A stretch of 64,000 nt of DNA from a candidate division WOR-3 bacterium (GTDB lineage Bacteria; Hydrothermota; Hydrothermia; B15-G9; WFZT01), in NCBI GenBank assembly GCA_027053075.1, contig JALUEE010000033.1:107559-171558 (forward strand), given 5' to 3'. Below, one piece after another: positions 30,198-40,714 of this stretch. A program made the position numbers and the translations under genes. Within the stretch, counting starts at the first letter, position 1, and every line of letters starts with the position of its first letter. Below the pieces are notes generated by a model. It did not search any database. It saw only the letters and a program-made list of their open reading frames with translations, and was not told the origin of the DNA.

Positions 30198-31925
30198 TCA
30201 TATGTCAAGAATTTGCTGCTGGATGGTAAACATTGAGTAGTAGAGACCCTTTTTCGCAATCAGCTCATCATGCGTGCCGCTTTCCACAATCCTGCCAGAT
30301 TTCAGCACAAAAATTTCATCCATCAGGTGCATGTGTGTTAGTTTGTGAGTTATGAAAATTATCGTCTTTTCCCTCAGTGCCTCAAAAATATCGTCAAGAA
30401 TAGCCCTTTCGGTAATGGCATCGAGATTTGCCGTGGGCTCATCAAGAATTAGGATTGGACTGCCTTTTAAGACAATTCGTGCAAGGGCTATTCTCTGCCT
30501 TTCACCACCACTCAAAAGTCCGCCGTGTTCCCCCACAAATGTGTCGTAACCCTCAGGCAGGCTCATTATAAAATCGTGTATCCTGGCTATGCTTGCAGCC
30601 CTGATAAGGTCCTCATCACTGGCGTTAGGCCTGGCAAGCAGTATGTTTTCCCTGATTGTTCCGGTAAAAAGGTAGGTTCTCTGCGTCATCACACTGACAA
30701 GGTCCCGCACAGTCTCCTGCTTGAGGTCCCGAATTTCAACGCCACCTATCCTGATGCTGCCCGATTTATAGTCCCAGAATCTCAAAAGAAGATTTGCAAT
30801 GGTCGATTTCCCCGCTCCACTTGGGCCCACAACTGCCACCTTCCCACCCTCACTAACATTCAGAGAGATATTTTTCAAAACAGGCTCTATTTCATAGGCA
30901 AAAGTTAGATTATCAATCTTTACATCGAACCTCTCAGGCGGAGATGACGGATTTACGGGATCAATGACAGCCGGTTTTTTATCCACAATCTCGAAAAGTC
31001 TTTTCCCCGCTTCAATAGTGCTTTCGAGAAGCTGAGCTGCACCTGGCAATGGTAGAATCGCCTCAAAGCTCGTCAGGGCTGCAAGAGAGAGAACCGCGAT
31101 CATTACCCCTCTAAGCTTCCCGAGGTCATGGAAATGGATGGCAATAATAAGAACTGCGAGTGCGCCAAATCCTGAGAAAATGAGAAGCAGCCCATTTTGC
31201 ACTCCTTCGAGGTTTCCAAGTTCCTTCTCAATTTTTATCATGGCATTTCCATGTGAGTTCACTTTTTCAAGCTGTTTTCTATCGTAGCCAAAAACAATGA
31301 GATCAGCGAGTCCTTGAACCGCGTCCACAATACTGGTGTAAAGCCTTCCTCTTTCTCTTATAAGTCTCCTGCCCTTGCTCCGGGCGGTTAGATATGCAAA
31401 TCCAGGCACAAAGAGTGCTCCAGATAGTAGAAACCCTGCGAGTACAATTGAAAAAATCTTTCCCCAAATACCCATGAAAATCGCCATTATCAACAGTATG
31501 ATTAAGAAAACAAAAGGAGGGTAGACCACACGAACGAACAGATTTTCAAGAGTCTCAATATCTGAAACAATCCTCGAGAGAATTTCCCCAGATTTGTATG
31601 AAATGAGCCCTGCCGGCACCAGAGGCTCAAGTTTTTCGTAAAACCAGACCCTGATATACCCGAGAATTTTAAATGTGAGGTTGTGGGCAAAAAGTCGCTC
31701 AAAATACCTGAAAACACCCCTTGAGATTCCAAAGAATCTCACTCCTGTGATCGCAAGCTGAAGGGTGTAGAGCGCCGGGTGCAGTGCCGCTTTCGCTATG
31801 ATGTAAGCAGATGTGGCCATCAGTCCTACACTGCTCAAAATTGTTGCTACTCCGAGAAGCGCTGCAGCAAAGATACCAGAAACGTATGGCTTCAGAAACG
31901 CAAGCAGCCTTCGAAGTGTCCTCAT
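30198..31925 (-). CDS. cydC: Thiol reductant ABC exporter subunit CydC
   Basis: VRFFGISRGVFRYFERLFAH, GPSGAGKST, LSGGERQR, LDEPTANLD. Confidence 0.92.
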   Translation of the reverse strand: MRTLRRLLAFLKPYVSGIFAAALLGVATILSSVGLMATSAYIIAKAALHPALYTLQLAITGVRFFGISRGVFRYFERLFAHNLTFKILGYIRVWFYEKLEPLVPAGLISYKSGEILSRIVSDIETLENLFVRVVYPPFVFLIILLIMAIFMGIWGKIFSIVLAGFLLSGALFVPGFAYLTARSKGRRLIRERGRLYTSIVDAVQGLADLIVFGYDRKQLEKVNSHGNAMIKIEKELGNLEGVQNGLLLIFSGFGALAVLIIAIHFHDLGKLRGVMIAVLSLAALTSFEAILPLPGAAQLLESTIEAGKRLFEIVDKKPAVIDPVNPSSPPERFDVKIDNLTFAYEIEPVLKNISLNVSEGGKVAVVGPSGAGKSTIANLLLRFWDYKSGSIRIGGVEIRDLKQETVRDLVSVMTQRTYLFTGTIRENILLARPNASDEDLIRAASIARIHDFIMSLPEGYDTFVGEHGGLLSGGERQRIALARIVLKGSPILILDEPTANLDAITERAILDDIFEALREKTIIFITHKLTHMHLMDEIFVLKSGRIVESGTHDELIAKKGLYYSMFTIQQQILDI

Positions 31926-33628
31926 GCCTCACCCCTTACGAGTTTTGAATAAAATCCACCTTCACGGATGAGCTCATCGTGGATACCTGTCTCAATTATT
32001 CTGCCGTCTCTCACAACAGCTATTTTGTCTGCACGGTAAACGGTTGTGAGTCTATGGGCTATTATCAGGGCTGTCTTATTCTTCAGAAGCTCTTCGGTGG
32101 CCAGAGTGATTTTTCTCTCGATTTCCGGGTCAAGGTTTGCCGTTGCCTCATCAAGGATCAGGATGGGTGCATTTTTTAAAAAGGCACGAGCAAGAGCTAT
32201 CCTCTGCACCTGTCCGCCACTCAAACGGGTTCCCTGCTCCCCAACCTGAGTATCATATCCGTCGGGCAAGTCTTTAATAAATTCGTGGGCATAAGCCTTC
32301 TTTGCCGCCATTTCTACTTCTTCCATGCTTGCATCTGGCTTTGCTATTCTGATGTTCTCAAGCACGGTGGAATTAAAGATGTAGGGATTCTGCGGAACCC
32401 AGGAGATAAGCTTTCGCCATGAGCCATCATCAATCTGGTCAAGTGGAATTCCATCCACAAGTATCGTCCCATCGTTCGGCTCGATAAATTTCAATAAAAG
32501 CTGGGCAATAGTGCTTTTCCCGGCACCAGTGGGGCCAACAAGCGCAATCTTCTCTCCCTTCTTGATTTCAAGGTTAACTCCGTGCAAGACCTCTCGCTCG
32601 CCATAGGAAAACCTGACATTTTCGAAAATTATGCTACCTTTGAATTTGAAGACCGTGATATGGGGCTTTTTACCGGTCTCGCGTTTCAGAATTTCAAAAA
32701 TACGGTTTGCGGCCTCCACACCAGCCATTCCAGCATGAAACCTGGCCCCGAGCTGTCTGAAAGGCGTATAAAATTCAGGTGCAAGGAGCAGTATGAAAAA
32801 GGCCTCGCTGAATTGTAATTTGGCGTAAAGAAGTCGCAGCCCGATTTCAACGGCAACAATCGCGGTGCTCAAAGTGGCGATAAGCTCAAGGGTGAGTGCG
32901 GAAATAAAAGCTACTTTAAGAACACTTATGGTGGTTTTTCTAAATTCGTCAACTATGCGGCGAAGTCTTTCCTTTTCGGCGCGAGAACGGTTAAGGGCCT
33001 TGAGCGTGGTGAGTCCCTGAATTACATCAAGCAGGTAGGCGCTCATCTTGCCCAGGGTTCTCCATTGCCTCTTTGTCACCTTTTCCGCCACGAGTCCTAT
33101 CAGCATCATGAAAAACGGTATCAGGGGCGCGGTAATAATAAAAATCAGGCCAGTGTAAAAGTCACGGGGAAAGACAAAAATCAGGACCATGAGCGGAATA
33201 ACAGCGGTGAGAATCACCTGAGGAATGTATTCACGAATGTATGGGTCGAGCTTTTCAATACCCTCGGTGAGAGTGGATACAAGCTCTCCGGTGCGCTCAC
33301 TCCTTGTAAAAGAGGGACCGAGTTCAACAATCTTTTCCATGAGCCTCCTTCTCAAATTATCCCTGATACTCATGGAAAGGTTTGTGGCGATGAGGCTATT
33401 TGTCCATACAAAGACAGCCCTGAGAACAATGACAATGGCAAGGACAATAATAGGTGTTTCGAGGTCCTGAAGATGCATGTGACCGAGAAAGGCATTGTTC
33501 ACAATTTTGCTAAAAAACCAGGCCTGAAGCACTATAAAAAATCCAATGAGAATGCTCGTTGAAAGTAAAAGAATCACGTATGAAGATTTTTTTCTTATCT
33601 CACCAACAAGCCTTTTATCAAACTTCAT
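31922..33628 (-). CDS. cydD: Thiol reductant ABC exporter subunit CydD
   Basis: YIPQ, TAPLIPFFM, LKVAFISALTLE, LAPEFYTPFRQLGARFHA, NBD motifs; start ATG 33628. Confidence 0.92.
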   Translation of the reverse strand: MKFDKRLVGEIRKKSSYVILLLSTSILIGFFIVLQAWFFSKIVNNAFLGHMHLQDLETPIIVLAIVIVLRAVFVWTNSLIATNLSMSIRDNLRRRLMEKIVELGPSFTRSERTGELVSTLTEGIEKLDPYIREYIPQVILTAVIPLMVLIFVFPRDFYTGLIFIITAPLIPFFMMLIGLVAEKVTKRQWRTLGKMSAYLLDVIQGLTTLKALNRSRAEKERLRRIVDEFRKTTISVLKVAFISALTLELIATLSTAIVAVEIGLRLLYAKLQFSEAFFILLLAPEFYTPFRQLGARFHAGMAGVEAANRIFEILKRETGKKPHITVFKFKGSIIFENVRFSYGEREVLHGVNLEIKKGEKIALVGPTGAGKSTIAQLLLKFIEPNDGTILVDGIPLDQIDDGSWRKLISWVPQNPYIFNSTVLENIRIAKPDASMEEVEMAAKKAYAHEFIKDLPDGYDTQVGEQGTRLSGGQVQRIALARAFLKNAPILILDEATANLDPEIERKITLATEELLKNKTALIIAHRLTTVYRADKIAVVRDGRIIETGIHDELIREGGFYSKLVRGEA

Positions 33629-34249
33629 GGCAATAAATTTTACGCCAAAAACCCACAAAATACCTTTATGAGAAAAATTCCTAAAACGAGTACCGGGAGG
33701 GATTCAAATTTATACTACGTGAATATATGCAGCCTCCATAAAAATCCATTCTAATATGAGTGGGGAAATAAATATCACACTATGGTCAAGTCAATTTATT
33801 TTCGTGGTAACCACGAATCTTTTTCTTAAATGGGGGGAAATGATAACAACAAATTAATTGTATCAGCCGTCCCATTGTAACCTCTACTTCCATTTAGCAA
33901 GGTTTAGGAATGGTAAGATGAAGTGGTATAAAAGTGGTAAACAAATTAAAAAGTAGCGATCTCCTATTCATGGTAATTAACCATCTGATCTAAAATCTAT
34001 GAGAAATGACTCTCACTCCCAATTTGTAAAACATAAAAAACACCTTGAAAAATATACCAATTTACAATATACTGGGATCAAATTTTAATATTAGTGTGAC
34101 TTTTTGAAAGTTCTTTTTTAAAATTTTTGATATTTTCAATTACTTTGGCAAAATATTTTAATTGTTAATGCTGTTCCAATGGCCAATAAAAACTAAATAG
34201 ACTTGAGTCAGGAATTGGTGGTTGCATTGTTTTAAAGGAGAGATAGATT

Positions 34250-36031
34250 ATGGACTACAGACATAAATTATTAATAAATGTACTTGATCGTCTTCGTAAT
34301 GAGGCTCCAAATCATTATAGATCTTATCACAGCGAAGATTATGAAGGGACACAACGTGCAAGATCAAAGGCATTAATTCACCTGTATCTTCTTGTAAAGT
34401 TTGGAGAGACTGATTTCGAAGCTAGACATAATTTTATCACTGATGGCCCAGATGATGGAGGTGTAGATGCATATTATTTTGATGAAAGACGCAAGATATT
34501 ATATCTTGTTCAGTCTAAATTCCGTGAAAATGTTGTTACCCGGAGGAGCATCTTAGCGGAAGAATTAATAAAAATGGAGGTCGGGGCTATATTACAGGGT
34601 AGCACCACTTATTACGATAGAGCAGGCAACAAAAGAGAGTTTAATGAAAAGATAAAGCGATTACAAGAAAAATGGAGTAGACTTCCAGATCAAGCAAGGT
34701 ATATATACAAAATCGTAATTTTAGGAGGGGCACAAAAGTACAATGATCACCAGATCAGAAGACTGTTAGGATTGGGAGAGAATGAGCCCTTCGAGTTTTA
34801 TGACTATGAACGTATTTACGAGGAGATATTATTTCCGTTTTGCGCCAGCGACTTCTATGACCCTGAGGAAATAGTAATAGAACTTAACTTGCAAAATAAG
34901 GAACAATCAGTGCTTAGACAAACCGTCAAAACCCAACAAGGCGAGTTCCAAGTTAGGGTGGTTTTTGTACCAGTTGAGGAAATTGGTCGGGTATTATCCA
35001 AGTATAAAAATGCAATATTAAAATTCAATCCTAGAAACTACCTGAGTCTTTCAAGAAATCAAGTTAACAAAGCTATTAGAGATGGAATACTTAATTCAAA
35101 CACGAACGATTTTGCAATCTATAACAATGGTATCACTATGCTGTGCAGCGAATTTATGATTAGCGAAACAACCGGCAGAAAGAATAGAGGTCAGGTAATT
35201 TTAGAGAAGCCGCAAATTATCAATGGAGGCCAAACAGCTTATGTCCTAAGTGAAATTTATGAAGATGCATCAAAACGCAATTTAATGAAAGGAAAAGAAG
35301 TCCTTTTGAGAGCGATAGTTATACCCTCTGATTTAGATGATAAAAGTGTAAGGGAATTTATTTCAGGAGTATCAAATGCCACTAATCAGCAAAGTAAAGT
35401 AGAAGAAGCCGATCGACGTTCCAATGATGAAGTTTTGATTCAGGTACAAAAACGGATCTTTCAGGAGTTTGGATATTTGCTTGAGAGAAAACGAGGAGAA
35501 TTCTATACAGCTATAGAGAGAGGCTATGTTGACAAAAATAGAATAATTGGTCGTGTTGATTTGCTTCAAGCCTATTGGGCGTTTCTGGGACATCCTGGTG
35601 ATGCACGCCGAAGCAAAAACCAATTATTCAAGGATAAGATTTTTAAGAAAATTATGGGCACAGGTGAAAATTATAAAGTAATGTTGTTTGCAGCTCTAAT
35701 ATTGGCTCGATTGCGCAAAGAGAGTATGGATAGTGATTGGGGCAGTGGTTTGAGATATGGGAAATTGTCAATAGTAGCGGCTTCAAAATATCTTGTGCCT
35801 GAGCCTTATGAGATTTCACCAAATAACCTGGAAAATCTTGTGTCTTTGGCGGTCGAAAAGGCTAGAAAGAAATGGGCTGAATTTGAAACATGGTTGCAAA
35901 ATCAAAGGCATAATGCTAACTATAAACGGACCGATGGATTTGACTTTGATAATTATTATAAAGGGAAATCAGTAAATCAAGATGTTCAAAATTTCTTTAA
36001 AAATACCACTATAAACAAACCCGGAAACTAA
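34250..36031 (+). CDS. AIPR (abortive infection phage resistance) family protein
   Basis: TDGPDDGGVD..LVQSKF N-terminus; NPRNYL, FAIYNNGITM, QIINGGQT, ATNQQS core; AT-rich. Confidence 0.85.
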   Translation: MDYRHKLLINVLDRLRNEAPNHYRSYHSEDYEGTQRARSKALIHLYLLVKFGETDFEARHNFITDGPDDGGVDAYYFDERRKILYLVQSKFRENVVTRRSILAEELIKMEVGAILQGSTTYYDRAGNKREFNEKIKRLQEKWSRLPDQARYIYKIVILGGAQKYNDHQIRRLLGLGENEPFEFYDYERIYEEILFPFCASDFYDPEEIVIELNLQNKEQSVLRQTVKTQQGEFQVRVVFVPVEEIGRVLSKYKNAILKFNPRNYLSLSRNQVNKAIRDGILNSNTNDFAIYNNGITMLCSEFMISETTGRKNRGQVILEKPQIINGGQTAYVLSEIYEDASKRNLMKGKEVLLRAIVIPSDLDDKSVREFISGVSNATNQQSKVEEADRRSNDEVLIQVQKRIFQEFGYLLERKRGEFYTAIERGYVDKNRIIGRVDLLQAYWAFLGHPGDARRSKNQLFKDKIFKKIMGTGENYKVMLFAALILARLRKESMDSDWGSGLRYGKLSIVAASKYLVPEPYEISPNNLENLVSLAVEKARKKWAEFETWLQNQRHNANYKRTDGFDFDNYYKGKSVNQDVQNFFKNTTINKPGN

Positions 36032-36045
36032 ATTACATTGTACAA

Positions 36046-36172
36046 CTCAAGTTTGACACGAGCGGCGAATTTTTGTCGCAATATTGCGGATTTTCAAATT
36101 TGGATGTCAATGTAGTGATACGCGTAAAATGATTGAATATCAATGGTTTTGGGAGATAGTGTCAAAGTTGAG
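36046..36172. mobile_element. 127-bp MITE with 5-bp target-site duplication
   Basis: TIR CTCAAGTTTGACAC / GTGTCAAAGTTGAG (13/14) flanked by TACAA at 36041-36045 and 36173-36177. Confidence 0.75.
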
Positions 36173-36407
36173 TACAAATTGATAGTTTCGTGCTTTGGAA
36201 TATTATATCTTGTTATCTCTCTGAGTGCCAAGATGCAACTTCAGTAATAAAATTTGAGTATATTGCTTCTTAACTAAGATCATATATGATAATGCTATTC
36301 CCCTTGGTGTACTAAAATTAATTCCTGCTTTTAACTATAATTTTCGATGTTCTGTTCTATTTATAAGTAAAAACTATTCGGTTTGTGGAAATTTTAGGAG
36401 AAGGGGC

Positions 36408-37577
36408 ATGCGGTGGCGTGAGATTCCTCGAGGAGCTAAAGCTTATATTCTATATCACACGCTAATTTCGCCCGAGCTCATCGTGTGGTACTTATTGCCA
36501 CTGTTTATGCTTCGGACAGGCTACTCGGTGCTGGATGTGGGGGCCTTTTTCACTGCAGTCAACCTTGCCTTTATTCCTTTGACTTACCTTGTTGGTCGCT
36601 TCTTTAATCAATATCCACTCAAGTATGGGCTTATCCTGATTGATGCCTTTGAAGGAAGTGCCTACATACTTTATAGCCTCGCACAGGGTCCATTGGCACC
36701 TCTCGTTCTATTCTTTGGGCGTCTGCTGGAAAATTTATCGGGTCTATTCTATCCCCTGTATCAGGCTTTTGAGCAGATCATTTACCCTGAAGACCGCTAC
36801 GAAGAAGTCTATGCCTGGCATCTGAGGCTCCCGGAAATCAGTCAGTTTGTTGGCTTTTTAGTTCTCGGATACCTTTTCGGTTATGTGTGGAATACACCCC
36901 GGAGTTACCGACACGCATTTCTGGCATTTGGGCTATATTCTGCGGTTATGGTGATTTACATGTTGGTCTTCCTCCCGCCTGTGGACAGAACCGAACGGAT
37001 TACGTCGGAAGGATGGACCTTCCCCTCTCTTAAGAGTTACAGTATTCTTTTGTTAATTGAAGGGTTGTATACTGCTGCGGGAGCCATGGCACCAAACTTC
37101 GTCCTGTTGTACTACGTTGTGGTTCACCTGAAAAAGACACTCTTTGAGGTGATGCTTATCGAGGCCGGGATGAGCGTGACGACAGTACTTGCTACTTACG
37201 TAAGTGAGCGGGTGCCCAAAACCAGAGGGATGCTTGCCATCAGCGCAGGCCTTTTATTGAACACACTGAACGTCGGGATAATGTCCATGTCACCATCTTT
37301 TCCTTTTGCGTTACTCTCGTACGCGATAGGCCGTTTCGGCAGCACCCTGGCATTTCCCTTTTACCGGGCATGGCTGTTCGGATTTATTCCGCGAGAGCGC
37401 GTAAGCGAGTTCCATGCTGCATTAAGTAGCTACAACCGTTTAATCGGCCTTCTAACTCCTCTTCTTGCGGGAGGTCTGGCCTACCTCCATCCCGCATTAC
37501 CTTACAGAGTCAGTTTGGTGTTATTTCTGGTAACAAGTGGCATTTTTGCATGGCAGGCCCGTCACAAAGTTGGTTAA
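36408..37577 (+). CDS. MFS transporter
   Basis: 389 aa, about 12 hydrophobic helices, MFS-like loop motifs (LVGRFFNQYPLK; YVSERVPK). Confidence 0.8.
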   Translation: MRWREIPRGAKAYILYHTLISPELIVWYLLPLFMLRTGYSVLDVGAFFTAVNLAFIPLTYLVGRFFNQYPLKYGLILIDAFEGSAYILYSLAQGPLAPLVLFFGRLLENLSGLFYPLYQAFEQIIYPEDRYEEVYAWHLRLPEISQFVGFLVLGYLFGYVWNTPRSYRHAFLAFGLYSAVMVIYMLVFLPPVDRTERITSEGWTFPSLKSYSILLLIEGLYTAAGAMAPNFVLLYYVVVHLKKTLFEVMLIEAGMSVTTVLATYVSERVPKTRGMLAISAGLLLNTLNVGIMSMSPSFPFALLSYAIGRFGSTLAFPFYRAWLFGFIPRERVSEFHAALSSYNRLIGLLTPLLAGGLAYLHPALPYRVSLVLFLVTSGIFAWQARHKVG

Positions 37578-37802
37578 ATAAATTTCTATCCGCAGCGTTC
37601 AATATCCTTAATAATCTGGTCAACTCAAAGTGTTTTAAGCTAAGTCGTAACATTTGAAATCTTTGGCAGATTCCTGCACTGGCTCACTCTTCTTGTGATG
37701 TAGAAAGACAGGTAAGGGTAAAATTCGAATGTAAACTCATCTTTATGGTCATTCTCTTCGAAAATTCATCATCTACATTTGTAAAACAACTGAATCTAAG
37801 TT

Positions 37803-38045
37803 TCCCTCCCCTGCTTGCTTTGCAAGTGGTAAGGGTCTCGAGAGGGGGCATTCCGCTTGAAATCATCAAAAATTCAATATGTTACCCCTCATCTTACCTC
37901 TCCCCGCAAAGAATTTATGCGGGGAGAGGGAGATTCTGGGGCTGCGAGAAAAATTCTTTCTCAATCTTATTTCATTATGCCACTGCATCTACTAAATTTT
38001 CACACACTTCACCCCTACTAAAAAGTATTTATGTGGGGGAGAGGA
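37803..38045. repeat. Cluster of REP-like palindromes (copy of dispersed repeat unit, reverse orientation)
   Basis: CCTCTCCCCGCAAAGAATTTATGCGGGGAGAGG hairpin plus TTCCGCTTGAA and AATATGTTACCCCTCA shared with 39574-39750 and 50619-50830. Confidence 0.75.
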
Positions 38046-38150
38046 ATGTCTCGTGAATGGAAATATTTGAATGAGCTCAACTTTGGGTTGATTTTTTCTC
38101 GTTTTTAGTTTAGAATACTTCCAGTTATAAATCCAATTTGAGGTGATAAC

Positions 38151-38576
38151 ATGGTTACTGTTGAAGAAAGGATTAAAGAATTGAAAAAGCGTGGGTTCAA
38201 AATGACCCCGCAGAGGCGCGCGATCATTGAGGCATTGCACAACGATCACACACATCCCACAGCTGAAGACCTTTACAACAAGGTCAAACGGATGATGCCC
38301 GATATATCGCTTGCCACTGTCTACAACACCCTCGAGCTCCTGGAAAAGATCGGCGGTGTGCTGAAGCTTGAGGTTATTGGTGGAAAGGCTCACTACGACC
38401 CGTTTACTGAGCCCCACATTCACCTTGTTTGCACAATGTGCGGCAAGATCGTGGACGTGGAAAAACCGGTACCCAAGATTGAACTTTCTGAAGAGGAGAA
38501 GCAGGGCTTCAGACTTCAGGGCTACAATATAGTTTTCTACGGAATTTGCCCTGATTGTCAGCGTAAGTTGAACTGA
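38151..38576 (+). CDS. Fur family transcriptional regulator (PerR-like)
   Basis: MTPQRRAI, HPTAEDLY, SLATVYNTL, HYD..PHIHLVCTMCG, GICPDC. Confidence 0.92.
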   Translation: MVTVEERIKELKKRGFKMTPQRRAIIEALHNDHTHPTAEDLYNKVKRMMPDISLATVYNTLELLEKIGGVLKLEVIGGKAHYDPFTEPHIHLVCTMCGKIVDVEKPVPKIELSEEEKQGFRLQGYNIVFYGICPDCQRKLN

Positions 38577-39457
38577 TTTTCGACCTTTTCCTTAAGTCTG
38601 CAGAAGGAACAAACTTCTGCAGTAGTTAGATAGCCACATTTTTTGCAGGGTTTAAGGTGTCGCGTTTGCGGCACCTTAAACCCTGCCTTATTTTCAAAAA
38701 AGCCCAGTAAAAACCTTACCTTTGTTCCCGGCATTTCATTTTCTATGGTCTCAAGAATTCCCTTGTAAAAATGTGTAGTAGCTCCACCGGAGAATGGGCA
38801 TTTATCCACGATGTGAGGTAAGTTGAGAACCTCAGCATATAGCTTAATCTCATAGTTTGTAAGTAAAATCAGGGGCTTGATCTTCCTTGCAAGTGTGCGG
38901 TCCCGGGGTAGGACTGGATACTGCCGTTCGAGATACTCGGTTTGCCAGTGCAAGATATTTCCAAAAAGTACAGAAGATTCATCATCAAGGTTATGACCTG
39001 TGGCTACGGCGTCGAACTCAAGACCTGCCCGGTTGATCAGATATCTTTTTATCATGCCACAGAGCGAACAGGGTTTACCTCTTGAAATTTTTGATAACTC
39101 TGGAATGCCAACACCCAGAACGTCTCTTAAATACTCAACTTTTAGTGTGAGTCCAAACATATCGGCAAATTTTTGGGCAACTTCCTGAGACTCATCTGAA
39201 AATCCCTCAATTCCGAGATTGAGGAAGTACCCTGTTGTATCGTAGCCGAGCTCGTTTAAAACATGCCACAGAACTATGGAATCCTTCCCTCCGGACACTG
39301 CGACCAGTATGCGCTCATCTTTTCGCACCATCTTGAACTTTTTGATGCCCTTTTCCACCCTTCTTTTGACAAATTCAATATAGTGCTCGCGGCAGAGGGC
39401 GAGGTTGTATGACCTTAGCTTAACTATGGCTTCCTTTCCGCAAATCTTACATTTCAT
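38558..39457 (-). CDS. ttuA: tRNA 2-thiolation protein TtuA/TtcA family (PP-loop, Zn fingers)
   Basis: MKCKICG..LCREH, SGGKDS, CSLCG, ATGHNLDD, CPF, C-terminal CKKCG..CSFC. Confidence 0.85.
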   Translation of the reverse strand: MKCKICGKEAIVKLRSYNLALCREHYIEFVKRRVEKGIKKFKMVRKDERILVAVSGGKDSIVLWHVLNELGYDTTGYFLNLGIEGFSDESQEVAQKFADMFGLTLKVEYLRDVLGVGIPELSKISRGKPCSLCGMIKRYLINRAGLEFDAVATGHNLDDESSVLFGNILHWQTEYLERQYPVLPRDRTLARKIKPLILLTNYEIKLYAEVLNLPHIVDKCPFSGGATTHFYKGILETIENEMPGTKVRFLLGFFENKAGFKVPQTRHLKPCKKCGYLTTAEVCSFCRLKEKVENQFNLR

Positions 39458-39519
39458 AGGCCCTGTATTATAAGGCTGAATTAATGAGGCAGTAGTCAAG
39501 TTTAATCTCCTGCTGTTTT

Positions 39520-39862
39520 AGCAGGTCAAATCCGTCAAACCCCTTCATTCGCTTTGTAGATCAAGTCCACTGGGCTCCCTCTCCCGCTTTGCGGGTGAGG
39601 CTATTCATCTTGAGTTTCTTAAATATTCAAGCGGAAGCCCCCTCCCGACCTCCCCCGCGCGAAGCGCGGGGGAGGGGTGTATTTTGAAGTTGCAGGGGAG
39701 AGGATGGAGGTGAGGGGTAACATATTGAGTTTTTTTAAAATTTCAAGTAGAGGGCTATCTTTCTGGCCCTTTCTTCACTCGCGGACCAAGTGGAAGAATG
39801 ATCATAATGGCTCGGCAGTTCTCAGATCGAGTGGAAATAAAAATTGATGAGTTTGACCTGCT
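39520..39862. repeat. MITE/REPIN-like element with REP hairpins
   Basis: Outer IR AGCAGGTCAAATCCGTCAA / TTGATGAGTTTGACCTGCT (16/19); internal CCTCCCCCGCGC-GAA-GCGCGGGGGAGG. Confidence 0.65.
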
Positions 39863-39946
39863 GAAAAAGGCTAAAAATCAAATCAGAGAAGGGTCTGTGT
39901 AGGTCGTAAGAAACCCTCGGTTCATAGATTTCACGCCAAAAAATTT

Positions 39947-40714
39947 TTACTTTTGCTTTCTCAAACAGGCGTAGGCGTTGTGGTGGTGGATGGATTCGTA
40001 GCTTTTTACCATGATGTAATACCAGGTGACCCTTTCGTTTTCATCGAGCCTGAGGGCCACATCACGTGCCACATCCTCCACAAATTTTGGATTATCATAG
40101 GCATGCTCAGTCACGTATTTTTCATCCTCCCGCTTCAGGAGAGCGTAAAGTGGAGAAGAGGCAGATTCCTCGGCAATTTCCACCAATTCCTCGATCCAGA
40201 CCAGTTTTTTCATTCTCACCTGTATGGTTACCTCTGCACGCTGGTTGTGGGCCCCATAACGGCTGATCTCTTTTGAGCATGGACAGAGGGTTTGAACCGG
40301 CACATTGACTTCAAGGATAAAATCAAATTCCCGGTTTTTTGTGGCGATAAACTTGCATCGGTAGTCCATGTAACTCTCAGCACCGGTAACAGGGGCTTTT
40401 TTCTTCAAAAAATAGGGAAACTCAATCTCAATGTGAGCGCTTGAGGCATTGAGCCTTTTTCTAAGTTCATCGAGGATCTCCTCGAGATTCTCGAGTGAGA
40501 TGTAATCCTTGTAGAAATGCAGGACCTCAAGAAACCTGCTCATGTGAGTGCCACGGAATTCTTCGGGCAGGTCAACTGCAAGGGAAATAGTGCCGATTGT
40601 TGGCTGGGTCCCATGTGTTCTGTCCATCACACGAATGGGATACTTGAGCCCTTCAACCCCAACCCGCTCAAGAGGGATATTCCTGTAATCTCGCTCATTC
40701 TGTACATCTTTCAT
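39947..40714 (-). CDS. folE2: GTP cyclohydrolase IB (FolE2)
   Basis: GTHMSRF, TLCPCSKEIS..GAHNQR, LKREDEK..NPKFVED, ESIHHHNAYA. Confidence 0.95.
   Translation of the reverse strand: MKDVQNERDYRNIPLERVGVEGLKYPIRVMDRTHGTQPTIGTISLAVDLPEEFRGTHMSRFLEVLHFYKDYISLENLEEILDELRKRLNASSAHIEIEFPYFLKKKAPVTGAESYMDYRCKFIATKNREFDFILEVNVPVQTLCPCSKEISRYGAHNQRAEVTIQVRMKKLVWIEELVEIAEESASSPLYALLKREDEKYVTEHAYDNPKFVEDVARDVALRLDENERVTWYYIMVKSYESIHHHNAYACLRKQK

Noticed and set aside
36040..36173. Integron attC site after AIPR (ends in GTTGAGT, matching GTTRRRY)
   Set aside because: The partner arm is ACTCAAG (no conserved AAC), pairing is continuous without attC spacer or extrahelical bases, a 5-bp TSD is present and there is no integrase; MITE fits better.
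38095..38150. Fur/PerR autoregulatory box upstream of the Fur-family gene
   Set aside because: AT-rich, but no convincing palindrome or consensus match.
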